A DNA stretch of 61,859 nt, counting the filler. It is 4 parts of 4 records of this genome, joined end to end, with 100 filler letters (N's around TTAATTAATTAA, not from the genome) between each part and the next. Parts side by side here need not be neighbours in the genome. Positions count along the whole stretch, not along the records: positions 35,980 to 53,062 come from DRR723986_2352; 3 more parts are not named here. One strand, 5' to 3'. The stretch's first letter is position 1. The number at the start of each line of letters is the position of its first letter. The notes under the pieces are model-generated. The model did no database searches, had not been told where the DNA came from, and saw nothing but the letters and a program-made list of their open reading frames with translations. A program made the position numbers and the translations under genes. Positions 39,149 to 48,802 of the stretch are shown in pieces.

Positions 39149-40189
39149 ATGAAATTCATCGCGTCACTCGGAGCGGGTGCGGCCGTATGGCTGTCGCTGT
39201 CGCTCAACGCTGCTTCGGCGCAGGACCTGAATGTCCTGTGTGCCGTGCAGGTCGAGTGGTGCCAGATGATGGAGGCTGTCTTCGAGGAAAAGACCGGCCT
39301 TGATGTTTCCATGGAACGCAGAAGCACCGGCGAGATCCTCGACAGGGTCCGGGCCGAGCGCGACGCACCAGAGATCGACGTTTGGTGGGGCGGCACCGGT
39401 GACACCCACCTGCAGGCTGCAGGCGAAGACCTGCTTGAACCCTACGAGCCGAAAAACTTCGAGGACACGCTGCCCTGGGCGCAGAATTTCTTTCTGATGT
39501 CAGGCGGCAAGGCGGCAGGCATTTATGCAGGCGCACTCGGGTTTGGCTACAATTCCGACTTTCTGGCTGCGCATGGCGTTGCCGCTCCGTCCTGCTGGAA
39601 AGACCTGACCGCACCGCGGTACAAGGGCCTTGTTCAGATGCCCAATCCGAATTCCTCTGGAACCGCCTATACGATGCTGGCAACGCTCGTCCAGCTGCTG
39701 GGGGAAGACGAGGCTTTCGAATATCTGGCGGCGCTTGCAAAAAACATCGACCGGTTCACCACTTCGGGCGCAGCACCGGTTCAGGCAGCCGCCCGTGGTG
39801 AGACAGGCATCGGCATCTCCTTCATCCACGACGCGGTGACGCAGAAACTTGCCGGCGCGCCCATGGTCATCGTCGCACCTTGCGAAGGCACCGGCTACGA
39901 GATCGGCGCCGTCAGCATCGTCAAGGGCGCCAGGAACCCCGAGGCTGCCCGCCTGTTCGTCGATTTTGCGCTGAGCCCGGAAGGACAGGAAACTTGCGCG
40001 GCCTCAGGACAGAACCAGATACCCGCAAACGCGAAAGCGTCGCTGCCACCGGCAGCCCCCGACATTTCACTCATTCGCATGGTCGACTACGACTTCGCCA
40101 CCTTCGGCTCACCTGACCAGAGGCGAAGATTGCTCGACCGTTTCGACAAGGAGGTGCTGCAGACGGCAACCCCTGTAGCCACCCAGTAA
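39149..40189 (+). CDS. ABC substrate-binding protein 1 (AfuA-like; Fe3+/sugar-phosphate family)
   Basis: Signal peptide, DVWWGGTGD, PNPNSSGTAYT, FIHDA, PCEGTGYEIG. Confidence 0.88.
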   Translation: MKFIASLGAGAAVWLSLSLNAASAQDLNVLCAVQVEWCQMMEAVFEEKTGLDVSMERRSTGEILDRVRAERDAPEIDVWWGGTGDTHLQAAGEDLLEPYEPKNFEDTLPWAQNFFLMSGGKAAGIYAGALGFGYNSDFLAAHGVAAPSCWKDLTAPRYKGLVQMPNPNSSGTAYTMLATLVQLLGEDEAFEYLAALAKNIDRFTTSGAAPVQAAARGETGIGISFIHDAVTQKLAGAPMVIVAPCEGTGYEIGAVSIVKGARNPEAARLFVDFALSPEGQETCAASGQNQIPANAKASLPPAAPDISLIRMVDYDFATFGSPDQRRRLLDRFDKEVLQTATPVATQ

Positions 40190-40386
40190 AGGACGAGATT
40201 GCCCCTTCGCCAGCGAAGGAAAATCCGGAGTTCGTCATTTGAAATTCGACCGGCAACGGACCCGTGGAGGCGGATCCGAACGGGCGAGCTTTGCCTCATG
40301 CCGGTCAACACATCAGCCCCCGGGCTGAAACAAACGCCTGCCCGTCCGGGCAGGTAACAGGCTGAAAGCCAAAAGTGGAGGAAACC

Positions 40387-41415
40387 ATGTCTTTGAAATC
40401 ACTTTCCGTCGCACTGCTTGCAACGGCAGCAACCTACTCGGTTGCTCCGGCCATGGCAGCGGGCGACCTCAATGTCATCTGTTCGGCGGATGTCGTGATC
40501 TGTGAACAGCTGCAGGGCGACTTCGAAGCCAAGCATGACATCAAGGTCAACATGGTGCGCCTGTCGTCAGGCGAAAGCTACGCAAAGATCCGCGCCGAAT
40601 CCCGCAATCCGAAAACCGATATCTGGTGGGGCGGCACCGGCGACCCGCATCTTCAGGCAGCTTCTGAAAACCTGACCCAGGAATACAAGTCGGAAAAGCT
40701 CGCAGACCTTCATGAATGGGCTCAGAAGCAGGCGGAAAGCTCCGGCTTCAAGACCGTTGGCGTTTATGCCGGCGCTCTCGGCTGGGGTTACAACACCGAA
40801 ATCTTCAAGGACAAGGGTCTTGCCGAACCCGCCTGCTGGGCAGACCTCCTGAAACCTGAGCTGAAAGCTGAAATCCAGGTCGCCAACCCGAATTCTTCCG
40901 GCACCGCCTATACAGCGCTTGCTTCCCTGGTTCAGATCATGGGCGAAGACGAGGCCTTCGACTATCTGAAGGAACTCAACAACAACGTGTCCCAGTACAC
41001 CAAGTCGGGTTCTGCACCGGTGAAGGCCGCTGCCCGCGGCGAAACCGGCCTCGGTATCGTCTTCATGCATGACGCCATTGCACAGGCTGCTTCCGGCTTC
41101 CCGGTCAAGGCAATCGCACCGTGCGAAGGTACCGGTTATGAAATCGGCTCCATGTCCATCGTCAAGGGTGCCCGCAACCTCGACAATGCGAAGGTCTGGT
41201 ACGACTGGGCCCTGTCCCCGGAAGTTCAGTCCCGCATGAAAGAGGCAAAGTCCTTCCAGCTGCCGTCCAACAAGGCTGCCGAAGTTCCGCCGGAAGCACC
41301 GAAGTTCGAAGACATCAAGCTGATCGACTACGACTTCACCACCTACGGCAACCCGGATACCCGCAAGAGCCTCCTGGAGCGTTGGGACCGTGAGATTGGC
41401 GCCATCGCCAACTGA
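40387..41415 (+). CDS. ABC substrate-binding protein 2 (AfuA-like)
   Basis: Signal peptide, DIWWGGTGDPH, ANPNSSGTAYT, YTKSG, FMHDA, PCEGTGYEIG; strongly biased codons. Confidence 0.9.
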   Translation: MSLKSLSVALLATAATYSVAPAMAAGDLNVICSADVVICEQLQGDFEAKHDIKVNMVRLSSGESYAKIRAESRNPKTDIWWGGTGDPHLQAASENLTQEYKSEKLADLHEWAQKQAESSGFKTVGVYAGALGWGYNTEIFKDKGLAEPACWADLLKPELKAEIQVANPNSSGTAYTALASLVQIMGEDEAFDYLKELNNNVSQYTKSGSAPVKAAARGETGLGIVFMHDAIAQAASGFPVKAIAPCEGTGYEIGSMSIVKGARNLDNAKVWYDWALSPEVQSRMKEAKSFQLPSNKAAEVPPEAPKFEDIKLIDYDFTTYGNPDTRKSLLERWDREIGAIAN

Positions 41416-41652
41416 CCCCAACACCCGAAGAAGTCCGCACACGGCTGCGTAAAAGCCGGGTGCGGGCTTCGCCCGGACAGTCTGTGCAGCAAGGCGGACG
41501 TACGTTCGCTGAAAGCTGCCGCCACAAGCATCTGACACGTCGATGGCAGTGCCGCGGCACGTCCGCACTTCCGGCCGGCTTCGCCAGCGCATCGCAATAG
41601 CCATGCGGCGGGGCACGACCGTTATTGAAAAACCATAAATACAGGGGTGGCC

Positions 41653-43884
41653 ATGCTGAGTGGCAACAAACGGCTGAACGCTCTACTCGGGCTGGGGATC
41701 GGCGCCTTTCTGATCGTACCTTGGTACAGGGTCGAACGCGGCTTCTTTTCCTTTGAGTGGCCATCGGACTTTCCGTTCTCATCCGATCTCGCGCCCGGTC
41801 TTCTGCAGATCTTCGCGGAAGGTCGCGTGTGGCTTATGCTGGCACTGGCCCTCTTCCTGATCGGCGGCAGCGCGCGCTTCATGGCGGACGCCAACAAGCG
41901 CGGCCGATTGCTCGTCGTCACCGGCACCATTGGCATTCTGTACATGGCGCTTCAGGGCCTTGCGATCAGCTTCACCGGCTGGGCCTGGACCTTTCCCGAA
42001 ACCGCCTTCGGAGCCTTGCCGCTTGGCCAGCCCGCCATGGGGGCAGGTGCCATCCTCACCTCGCTGATCTTCGTTCTCTTCATAGCCTTCGGTCTTGCCG
42101 AGCGGGGCTTCATGAAGGGCGATGCCTTTGTCGTCGGATCGATCTCCATCCTGATCTTCCTGGTGACGGTATTCATCTTCTATCCCATTGGCTCGATGTT
42201 CGCCGGCTCGGTGCAGGATTTCGACGGATCGTTCAAGCCGGACGGCTTCATCCGCAACATGCAGGATCCCGCGATCTGGAGCCTTGACTGTGTCATCGGC
42301 GGCAATCGCTGCGGCGTCGCATGGCGCACGCTGTTCCTTGCGGTGATGACCGGCCTCGGCTCGACCATTCTCGGCCTCGCCTTCGCACTGGTCGCCACAC
42401 GCACACGCTTTCCCTTCAAGAAGGGCCTGCGGCTTCTGACCGTCCTGCCGATCATCACCCCGCCCTTCGTGATCGGCCTGGCACTCACCTTGTTGTTCGG
42501 CCGCTCCGGCGTTGTTACCGAAGCACTCGACACGCTGTTCGGCATCGAACCAAGCCGTTGGCTCTACGGGCTGACAGGCATCTGGATTGCGCAGGTCCTG
42601 TCCTTCACGCCAATCTCCTTCCTCGTCCTGATCGGTGTTGTCGAAGGTGTCAGCCCATCGATGGAAGAAGCCTCGCAAACGCTGCGGGCCGACCGCTGGC
42701 GCACGTTCTGGCGCGTCTCGTTGCCCTTGATGAAACCCGGCCTTGCCAACGCTTTCCTGATCGGCTTCATCGAAAGCATGGCCGATTTCGGCAATCCGCT
42801 GGTGCTTGGCGGCAGCCATGGCGTGCTCTCGACCGAAATCTTCTTTGCCGTCGTCGGCTCGCAGGTCGACCCGTCCCGCGCCGCCGTGCTCGCGATCATC
42901 CTGCTCAGCTTCACACTGACCGCCTTCCTTGCGCAGCGTCTGTGGCTGTCGGGCAAGAACTTCGCAACCGTCACCGGCAAGGGCGACAGCGGTGCCCATG
43001 CGGGCCTGCCGAAGAGCCTCTCCGTCACCGTCTATGGCATCGTTCTTCCCTGGATGGGCTTCACCATCGTCGTCTACGGCATGATCCTGTTCGGCGGCTT
43101 CGTGAAGACCTGGGGTCTCGACAATTCCCTGACGCTGGAACACTACGCCAGGGCGTTCTCGGTCACCTTCCAGGATGGTGCTCTCGTGTGGACCGGCGTT
43201 GCCTGGAACTCCTTCTGGACGACCATGGAAATCGCCCTGATCTCCGCCCCCCTGACGGCAGCAGTCGGCCTGCTGACGGCCTATATCATCGTGCGGCAGA
43301 AATTCGCCGGCAAGAACGCCTTCGAATTTGCCCTCATGATGAGCTTCGCCATTCCCGGCACCGTCATCGGCATCAGCTACATCATGGCCTTCAACCTGCC
43401 GCCCATCGAGATGACCGGTTCGGCCCTGATCCTGGTTGCCTGCTTTGTCTTCCGGAACATGCCCGTTGGCGTGCGCGGCGGCATTGCCGCCATGAGCCAG
43501 CTCGACAAGAGCCTGGACGAAGCTTCGCTGACGCTTCGGGCCAACAGCGCCCGGACCCTGCGCAAGGTGATCCTGCCGCTGTTGCGGCCGGCCATCACCG
43601 CCGCGCTGGTCTATTCCTTCGTCCGGGCAATCACATCCATCAGTGCGGTCATCTTCCTGGTCAGCGCGGAATACAACATGGCGACCTCCTACATCGTCGG
43701 CCTCGTCGAAAACGGCGAATACGGCATCGCCATCGCCTATTCCTCCATGCTGATCTTCGTGATGATCACGGTCATTGCGGGCTTCCAGCTGCTGGTCGGC
43801 GAACGCCGTCTGCGCCGGGAAAACCGCGTCTCCGGCATGGCCAAATCCAATAAAATCCGTATCGCGCAGGAGAAAACTGCATGA
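41653..43884 (+). CDS. ABC permease with two fused transmembrane modules (AfuB/FbpB-like)
   Basis: LPIITPPFVIG, two EAA loops (MEEASQTLRA, LDEASLTLRA), ESMADFGNP. Confidence 0.92.
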   Translation: MLSGNKRLNALLGLGIGAFLIVPWYRVERGFFSFEWPSDFPFSSDLAPGLLQIFAEGRVWLMLALALFLIGGSARFMADANKRGRLLVVTGTIGILYMALQGLAISFTGWAWTFPETAFGALPLGQPAMGAGAILTSLIFVLFIAFGLAERGFMKGDAFVVGSISILIFLVTVFIFYPIGSMFAGSVQDFDGSFKPDGFIRNMQDPAIWSLDCVIGGNRCGVAWRTLFLAVMTGLGSTILGLAFALVATRTRFPFKKGLRLLTVLPIITPPFVIGLALTLLFGRSGVVTEALDTLFGIEPSRWLYGLTGIWIAQVLSFTPISFLVLIGVVEGVSPSMEEASQTLRADRWRTFWRVSLPLMKPGLANAFLIGFIESMADFGNPLVLGGSHGVLSTEIFFAVVGSQVDPSRAAVLAIILLSFTLTAFLAQRLWLSGKNFATVTGKGDSGAHAGLPKSLSVTVYGIVLPWMGFTIVVYGMILFGGFVKTWGLDNSLTLEHYARAFSVTFQDGALVWTGVAWNSFWTTMEIALISAPLTAAVGLLTAYIIVRQKFAGKNAFEFALMMSFAIPGTVIGISYIMAFNLPPIEMTGSALILVACFVFRNMPVGVRGGIAAMSQLDKSLDEASLTLRANSARTLRKVILPLLRPAITAALVYSFVRAITSISAVIFLVSAEYNMATSYIVGLVENGEYGIAIAYSSMLIFVMITVIAGFQLLVGERRLRRENRVSGMAKSNKIRIAQEKTA

Positions 43885-44942
43885 CTGACCTCAAACCCGG
43901 CTCCGTCGTTTTTGAAAACGTCCGCAAGGACTTCGGCACCTTCACCGCCATTCCGGACCTGTCGATCACCATCGAACCCGGCACTCTGGTGACCCTGCTC
44001 GGTCCCTCCGGCTGCGGCAAGACGACCACCTTGCGCATGCTGGCAGGTCTCGAACACCCGAGCGCGGGCAGGATCCTGATCGGCGGACGGGACGTCACCA
44101 TGGTTCCGGCACATGAGCGCGACGTCTCCATGGTGTTCCAGTCCTATGCGCTCTTCCCGCACATGAACGCGCTCGACAATGTGGCCTACGGCCTGGAATC
44201 CTCCGGATACAACAAGCGCGAGGCACGGGAGCGGGCGGAAGAAGGCCTTGCCCAGGTCGGTCTTGCCGGCATGGGTCACCGCCTGCCGGCAGAGCTTTCC
44301 GGCGGTCAGCAGCAGCGCGTCGCGGTCGCTCGTGCTCTGGTGCTGAACCCACAGGTGCTTCTGCTGGACGAACCCCTGTCCAACCTTGATGCCCGGCTGC
44401 GCCGGCGCGTCAGGACGGAAATCCGCGAGCTTCAGCAGCGGCTCGGGTTCACCGCCGTCTATGTCACCCACGACCAGGACGAAGCACTTGCGGTGTCCGA
44501 CAGGATCGTGGTCATGAAGGACGGCAAGATCGCGCAGGAGGGCGCTCCGCGCGAACTCTATGAAGAACCTGTTTCGGAGTTCATCGCCGACTTCATGGGA
44601 GAGGCGAATGTGGTTTCCTGCGAGATCGTCGGCCGGGAGGGCGACGAAGCCCTGATCGATGTCGGCGGCCTGCAGCACCGGCTGCGCGCCCGTCAGACTG
44701 CCAATGGCAAGGCCAAGCTGGCCGTGCGGCCTGGCTCGGTTGTGCTGAACCCGGAAGGCGCTTCCGGCCTTGGCGGCGAGATCCTGACCGCGGCCTATCT
44801 CGGCGATCATGTCGAATATGAGATCGAGACCCAGGTCGGAAACTTCTTCGTCATCGATCATTCGGTCGAAAGGTCGTTTGCCCCCCACACAGCCGTTTCC
44901 CTCGGCTTCCGCAACCGCGGTCTCGCCCTGATCGAGGCATGA
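43881..44942 (+). CDS. ABC ATP-binding protein (AfuC/FbpC-like)
   Basis: GPSGCGKT, LSGGQQQRVA, LLLDEPLSNLD, C-terminal TOBE. Confidence 0.94.
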   Translation: MTDLKPGSVVFENVRKDFGTFTAIPDLSITIEPGTLVTLLGPSGCGKTTTLRMLAGLEHPSAGRILIGGRDVTMVPAHERDVSMVFQSYALFPHMNALDNVAYGLESSGYNKREARERAEEGLAQVGLAGMGHRLPAELSGGQQQRVAVARALVLNPQVLLLDEPLSNLDARLRRRVRTEIRELQQRLGFTAVYVTHDQDEALAVSDRIVVMKDGKIAQEGAPRELYEEPVSEFIADFMGEANVVSCEIVGREGDEALIDVGGLQHRLRARQTANGKAKLAVRPGSVVLNPEGASGLGGEILTAAYLGDHVEYEIETQVGNFFVIDHSVERSFAPHTAVSLGFRNRGLALIEA

Positions 44943-44943
44943 G

Positions 44944-45783
44944 ATGACACTGGTTACTGAAGACATGTCCCCATCGACCGATGCGCTGACAGCAAGGTTC
45001 GCCGCGGCTCGGGAAATCGCCGAAGAAGCCGGTTCCCTGGCACTGGACTATTTTCGGCGGCGCAAGGACCTCACCATAGAGATCAAGGGCGGCCTGCAGG
45101 ATGTCGTTTCGATCGCCGACAGGAACGTTGAAACCCTCATCCGCGACAGGCTGCACACCTCCTTTCCCGAAGACGGCATCCTGGGTGAGGAACACGGTGT
45201 CGAACAGGGCAGCAGCGGGTTCACCTGGGTGGTTGATCCGATCGACGGCACCTCCGCCTTCGTTCACGGTCTGCCGAGCTGGTGTGTTTCGATCGCCCTT
45301 CTCAACGGCACGGATCTGGTCATGGGTGTTATCCGCGTGCCTTGCGACGACGAGAGCTTCGCAGCCGTCAAGGGCGGCGGCGCAACGCTTAACGGCGAAC
45401 CCCTCCGGCTTGATTCATCCAGGACCCTGCAAAACAGCCTGACCGGGATCGGCGCCAACCACGCCGTACCATCCGAAATGATCGGCGCGCTTATCGCCGG
45501 TCTGATGGCGCGTGGCGGCAACTATATCCGCACCGGATCGGGCGCGCAGATGCTGGCCTCCGTGGCCGCGGGCAGGCTCGCCGGTTTCTACGAACCGTCC
45601 ATGCATGCCTGGGATTGCCTTGCCGGCTATTGCCTGGTCGCCGAAGCCGGCGGCAGCTACCGCCCGTTCCCGGTGGCGGGGGATGCCATCCTGGACGGTG
45701 GTCCGGTTCTCGCGGCCGGTCCGGGAACGTTTGAGGATCTGTCGGATCTGGCAACGGAGTGCGAGCGTTTCCTGAAAAGCTGA
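44944..45783 (+). CDS. Inositol monophosphatase family protein
   Basis: DVVSIADR, LGEE, WVVDPIDGT, WDCLAG. Confidence 0.92.
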   Translation: MTLVTEDMSPSTDALTARFAAAREIAEEAGSLALDYFRRRKDLTIEIKGGLQDVVSIADRNVETLIRDRLHTSFPEDGILGEEHGVEQGSSGFTWVVDPIDGTSAFVHGLPSWCVSIALLNGTDLVMGVIRVPCDDESFAAVKGGGATLNGEPLRLDSSRTLQNSLTGIGANHAVPSEMIGALIAGLMARGGNYIRTGSGAQMLASVAAGRLAGFYEPSMHAWDCLAGYCLVAEAGGSYRPFPVAGDAILDGGPVLAAGPGTFEDLSDLATECERFLKS

Positions 45784-45813
45784 CGTTTCAGGGAAATCCA
45801 GCGAACATCTCCA

Positions 45814-45850
45814 AAGGCGTGTCTCGGAAGAGGTACGCCTTCTTTTCTTT
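45814..45850 (+). terminator. Rho-independent terminator ending the ABC operon
   Basis: AAGGCGT..ACGCCTT stem followed by CTTTTCTTT. Confidence 0.75.
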
Positions 45851-45869
45851 CAGGACCTTATGAACGACC

Positions 45870-46751
45870 TCAAAACATCACGCGCAGCAATTTTCCGGTC
45901 GATTTTTCAAACTCAAGCCATTCCGGGCGAACCTCTGTCAGAACTTCGATTTCCGCCCAACCACAGCCTGAAAGCGGAACGCAGACGGCCCGGCGCCCGG
46001 GGCTGTCCGTTTGCTCGTCCGCATTCAGCAGCAAGAACTTCAGGCCGAGTGCATCCGTCGCCGCAGCCGTCTTGTCCGCAGACAGGTAAAGCGGCGCAGC
46101 GGGATTTGCCGCTATCATGTAGTCAGGGTTCGTCTCTACTTCCGGCGGCCCGAAGCCGACAAGATAGCGAGTGGCGTTTTCGAAGATACGGACATCCTTG
46201 CGTTCCAGGTCTTCTGCAATACGCTCGATGGCGTTGAGCGCGGCCCAATCGCAATTGCCGCCACACTCCTCTCCACTGGCGCGGGCAAACTCCGGCACAT
46301 CCCGGTTTATTGCCGCCAGCAGTTCTGCAGACGTCCGAGGCAGACCAAAGGCAGCAAGATGTTGTGCGGCGTCTTCACGTGTCTGGTTTGCACCTATTGC
46401 GGAAAAGCTCTCCAGAACGGCCATCCGCTGCAGCAATTCAGAAGAAATCCGACCGTCATGAAGAAAACTGCCGGCGGTGTTTCCCTCTGCATCAAAGACC
46501 AGGACCCGATCGACAGCCAGAACGATGGTGCCACCTTTCGGAAAAGGCAGACGGTCGCCGTTTGCCAAGATCAAACGTCTTTGACCGTCGCCCTCTGACA
46601 GCTTCATCTGGAGACCGCCGAACTCGACCGCACCCGTGATGGGGGAAGGCAACGTGTCCGCGGCGGCGCCGCCCGCGAGAAGGAAGGGGCCCACTACGGC
46701 CAGAAGTCCCAAAGTTCTTGCGAAGATACCTATCGCCTGTCCCTCTCTCAT
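45870..46751 (-). CDS. Hypothetical secreted protein
   Basis: Fills the gap between known genes; signal-like LGLLAVVGPFLLAGGAAA after ATG 46751; no family recognised. Confidence 0.6.
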   Translation of the reverse strand: MREGQAIGIFARTLGLLAVVGPFLLAGGAAADTLPSPITGAVEFGGLQMKLSEGDGQRRLILANGDRLPFPKGGTIVLAVDRVLVFDAEGNTAGSFLHDGRISSELLQRMAVLESFSAIGANQTREDAAQHLAAFGLPRTSAELLAAINRDVPEFARASGEECGGNCDWAALNAIERIAEDLERKDVRIFENATRYLVGFGPPEVETNPDYMIAANPAAPLYLSADKTAAATDALGLKFLLLNADEQTDSPGRRAVCVPLSGCGWAEIEVLTEVRPEWLEFEKSTGKLLRVMF

Positions 46752-46803
46752 ATTCGTATGCGATCGCCGGCAGCGGGAAAGGTCGCACCAACAAGAGGTT
46801 CGA

Positions 46804-47733
46804 TCAAGCCGATTGCCCTGCCATATCTGACTGCCGTCGATACTGCTCACGGAACGCGCCCGGCGTCAGGCCGGAAAGGCGTGAAAACAGGCGAACGAAG
46901 GATGGCGGGTCGTTGTAGCCGACGGCAAAGCAGATATCCGAGACGGGCCGATCCGTTTCGATCAGGAGATCCCTGGCACGTTCAATGCGAAGCTCCTGGA
47001 GATACTGTTTCGGAGCAAGTCCCGTTGCCAGCTTGAAGCGCCTTTGAAAGGTCCGCGCCGGCACCCCGCTGGTGCGCACCATATCGGCAACGCTCACATC
47101 GTCACCCGACCGGGTTTCCAGGAAATGCTGCACTTTCAAGATGAAAGCATCGCCGTGCCGAAGTTCAGGCAGGAAGCGCCTGAACCGGCGCTGGTCGCGG
47201 CGGCGAAAGTCGACAATGAAATGCCGCGCCGTGGCAACGGCCACCGGGTAACCCAGAAACCGCTCGATGAGCGCCAGCGCAAGATCGACCCAGGCCATGA
47301 GGCCTCCGGCCGTGATCAGGTCGGAATATTCGATCAGCAGCCTGTCCGTATCGAGCCTGAGGTCCGGATAGGCTGCTGACAAACGCTGTTCCAGTCCCCA
47401 ATGGGTCGTAACCTTGCGCCCCTCCGCCAGACCGGCCGCCGCCACGAACGTCAGCCCGGTACAGGCCGAACAGACAACAGCGCCGCGACCGTGCAAATGC
47501 TGCAGAAAAGCAGGAAGAGCCGGAACATCTTCCAGACGGACAGTTCCTGCCGAGGGCGGCAGGACTACCGCGTCATATCGGTACACTGCCGCAGAAAAAT
47601 CCTCCAACAGATCCAGTTTCAACTCGGTATCGCTGATCTGTGCAGCATGGCCCAGTATATCCTGGAGCCCGTAGACAGCGGATTTCAAGGATCCCGGATA
47701 AGCGAGAATGGCGATCGACAGCGATTGGTCCAT
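46804..47733 (-). CDS. GlxA-family transcriptional regulator (DJ-1/PfpI plus AraC)
   Basis: CSACTG, TTHW, LITAGG, C-terminal AraC helix-turn-helix (RTFQRRFK..VGYNDPPSF..GLTPGAFR). Confidence 0.92.
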   Translation of the reverse strand: MDQSLSIAILAYPGSLKSAVYGLQDILGHAAQISDTELKLDLLEDFSAAVYRYDAVVLPPSAGTVRLEDVPALPAFLQHLHGRGAVVCSACTGLTFVAAAGLAEGRKVTTHWGLEQRLSAAYPDLRLDTDRLLIEYSDLITAGGLMAWVDLALALIERFLGYPVAVATARHFIVDFRRRDQRRFRRFLPELRHGDAFILKVQHFLETRSGDDVSVADMVRTSGVPARTFQRRFKLATGLAPKQYLQELRIERARDLLIETDRPVSDICFAVGYNDPPSFVRLFSRLSGLTPGAFREQYRRQSDMAGQSA

Positions 47734-47829
47734 TTGGCTGATTTAGCACATTCTTTGTCATTTGCGCCAATCGCCGTGAAAGATGCTCGAAGCTAGGTTT
47801 CTCTTCAGCACAAACACATGGAGACCCCT

Positions 47830-48669
47830 ATGCTCGGCACTCTCGATAAATCCACTTCGCGTATTGCACTCGGCGACCTGACCGTCACGGCCCTGTCGGA
47901 CGGTTATCTCGATATTCCCGCAGCCTATTTTTCCAACGTGACACAGACCGAACAGGGCGCCGTCAGCCCGAGCACACGCTTTGGCGCCAATACCTGGTTG
48001 ATTGAGACCGGCACCCGCAAGATCCTGGTCGACGCCGGTTCGGGCGAATATCTGAAGGAACGATTTCCAGCCAGTGGCACGCTGACCTGGCAAGCTCCGG
48101 AAAAGACCGAAGAGCGCGCAGCGGTGACCGATATCGTCATTACCCACATGCATGCCGACCATATCGGCGGACTGTCGCTGAACGGCAGCAGTCTCTTCCC
48201 GAATGCAGAGATCCATGTTCAGGCCGCCGAGTGGGACTTCTGGACCGACGAGGCCCTGCTGACCTCCGTACCGGAAGACAAACGGCCACTGGTGGGTCTC
48301 ATTCAGGCGCTTGCGAAACCGGTCGGCAATCAGCTGCGGCTTCATGGTGGCGATGCCGACATCGGCGATGGCATCACCCTGCTTTCAGCGCCCGGCCACA
48401 CCCCTGGTCATCAGGCCTTGCACCTTTCTTCAGGCAACAAGGAAGCCATTCTGCTCGCGGATGTCGTGGTGTCCGATGTGCTGCAATTTACCAATCCGGA
48501 CGTCCGCTATGCGCTCGACAGCGACCCGGATCTGGCCGTGAAAACAAGAAGGGCTCTGTTCGACAGGCTGTCGGCAGACAGGATCCCCTTTGCCGCGACC
48601 CACCTGTCTACCGACAGGTTCGGATATCTGGAAACACGCGACAACGGGTTCGCTTTTGTGGAGATTTGA
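47830..48669 (+). CDS. MBL-fold metallo-hydrolase (methyl-parathion-hydrolase/lactonase-like)
   Basis: ILVDAG, THMHADHIGG, APGHTPGH, ATH. Confidence 0.9.
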   Translation: MLGTLDKSTSRIALGDLTVTALSDGYLDIPAAYFSNVTQTEQGAVSPSTRFGANTWLIETGTRKILVDAGSGEYLKERFPASGTLTWQAPEKTEERAAVTDIVITHMHADHIGGLSLNGSSLFPNAEIHVQAAEWDFWTDEALLTSVPEDKRPLVGLIQALAKPVGNQLRLHGGDADIGDGITLLSAPGHTPGHQALHLSSGNKEAILLADVVVSDVLQFTNPDVRYALDSDPDLAVKTRRALFDRLSADRIPFAATHLSTDRFGYLETRDNGFAFVEI

Positions 48670-48739
48670 ACACAAGGCGACTTTTCAACCACGCCAAGTC
48701 CTTTCGTGGCTACGCAGGCCTTTGCCCCGCAGTCTCCTC

Positions 48740-48769
48740 AATAAACAAGTCCCGGCTTGGGGCCGGGAC
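48740..48769 (-). terminator. Hairpin between convergent genes (terminator or REP-like)
   Basis: GTCCCGGC/GCCGGGAC stem; followed on the minus strand by TTGTTTATT. Confidence 0.55.
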
Positions 48770-48802
48770 CTGGCTTTGTGGGAGGCAGGGCGTGCGAACG
48801 GC

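Noticed and set aside
41779-43853. 454-aa minus-strand and 510-aa plus-strand ORFs over the permease
   Set aside because: Antisense and off-frame shadows caused by strong GC3 bias; the plus-strand one is Arg/Pro-rich and uninformative
39149-44942. Calling the ABC system a ferric-iron (Fbp) transporter
   Set aside because: No obvious tandem-Tyr iron ligands; the SSGT/HD/GYE motifs and linked phosphatase fit phosphoester ligands better, although this is unproven
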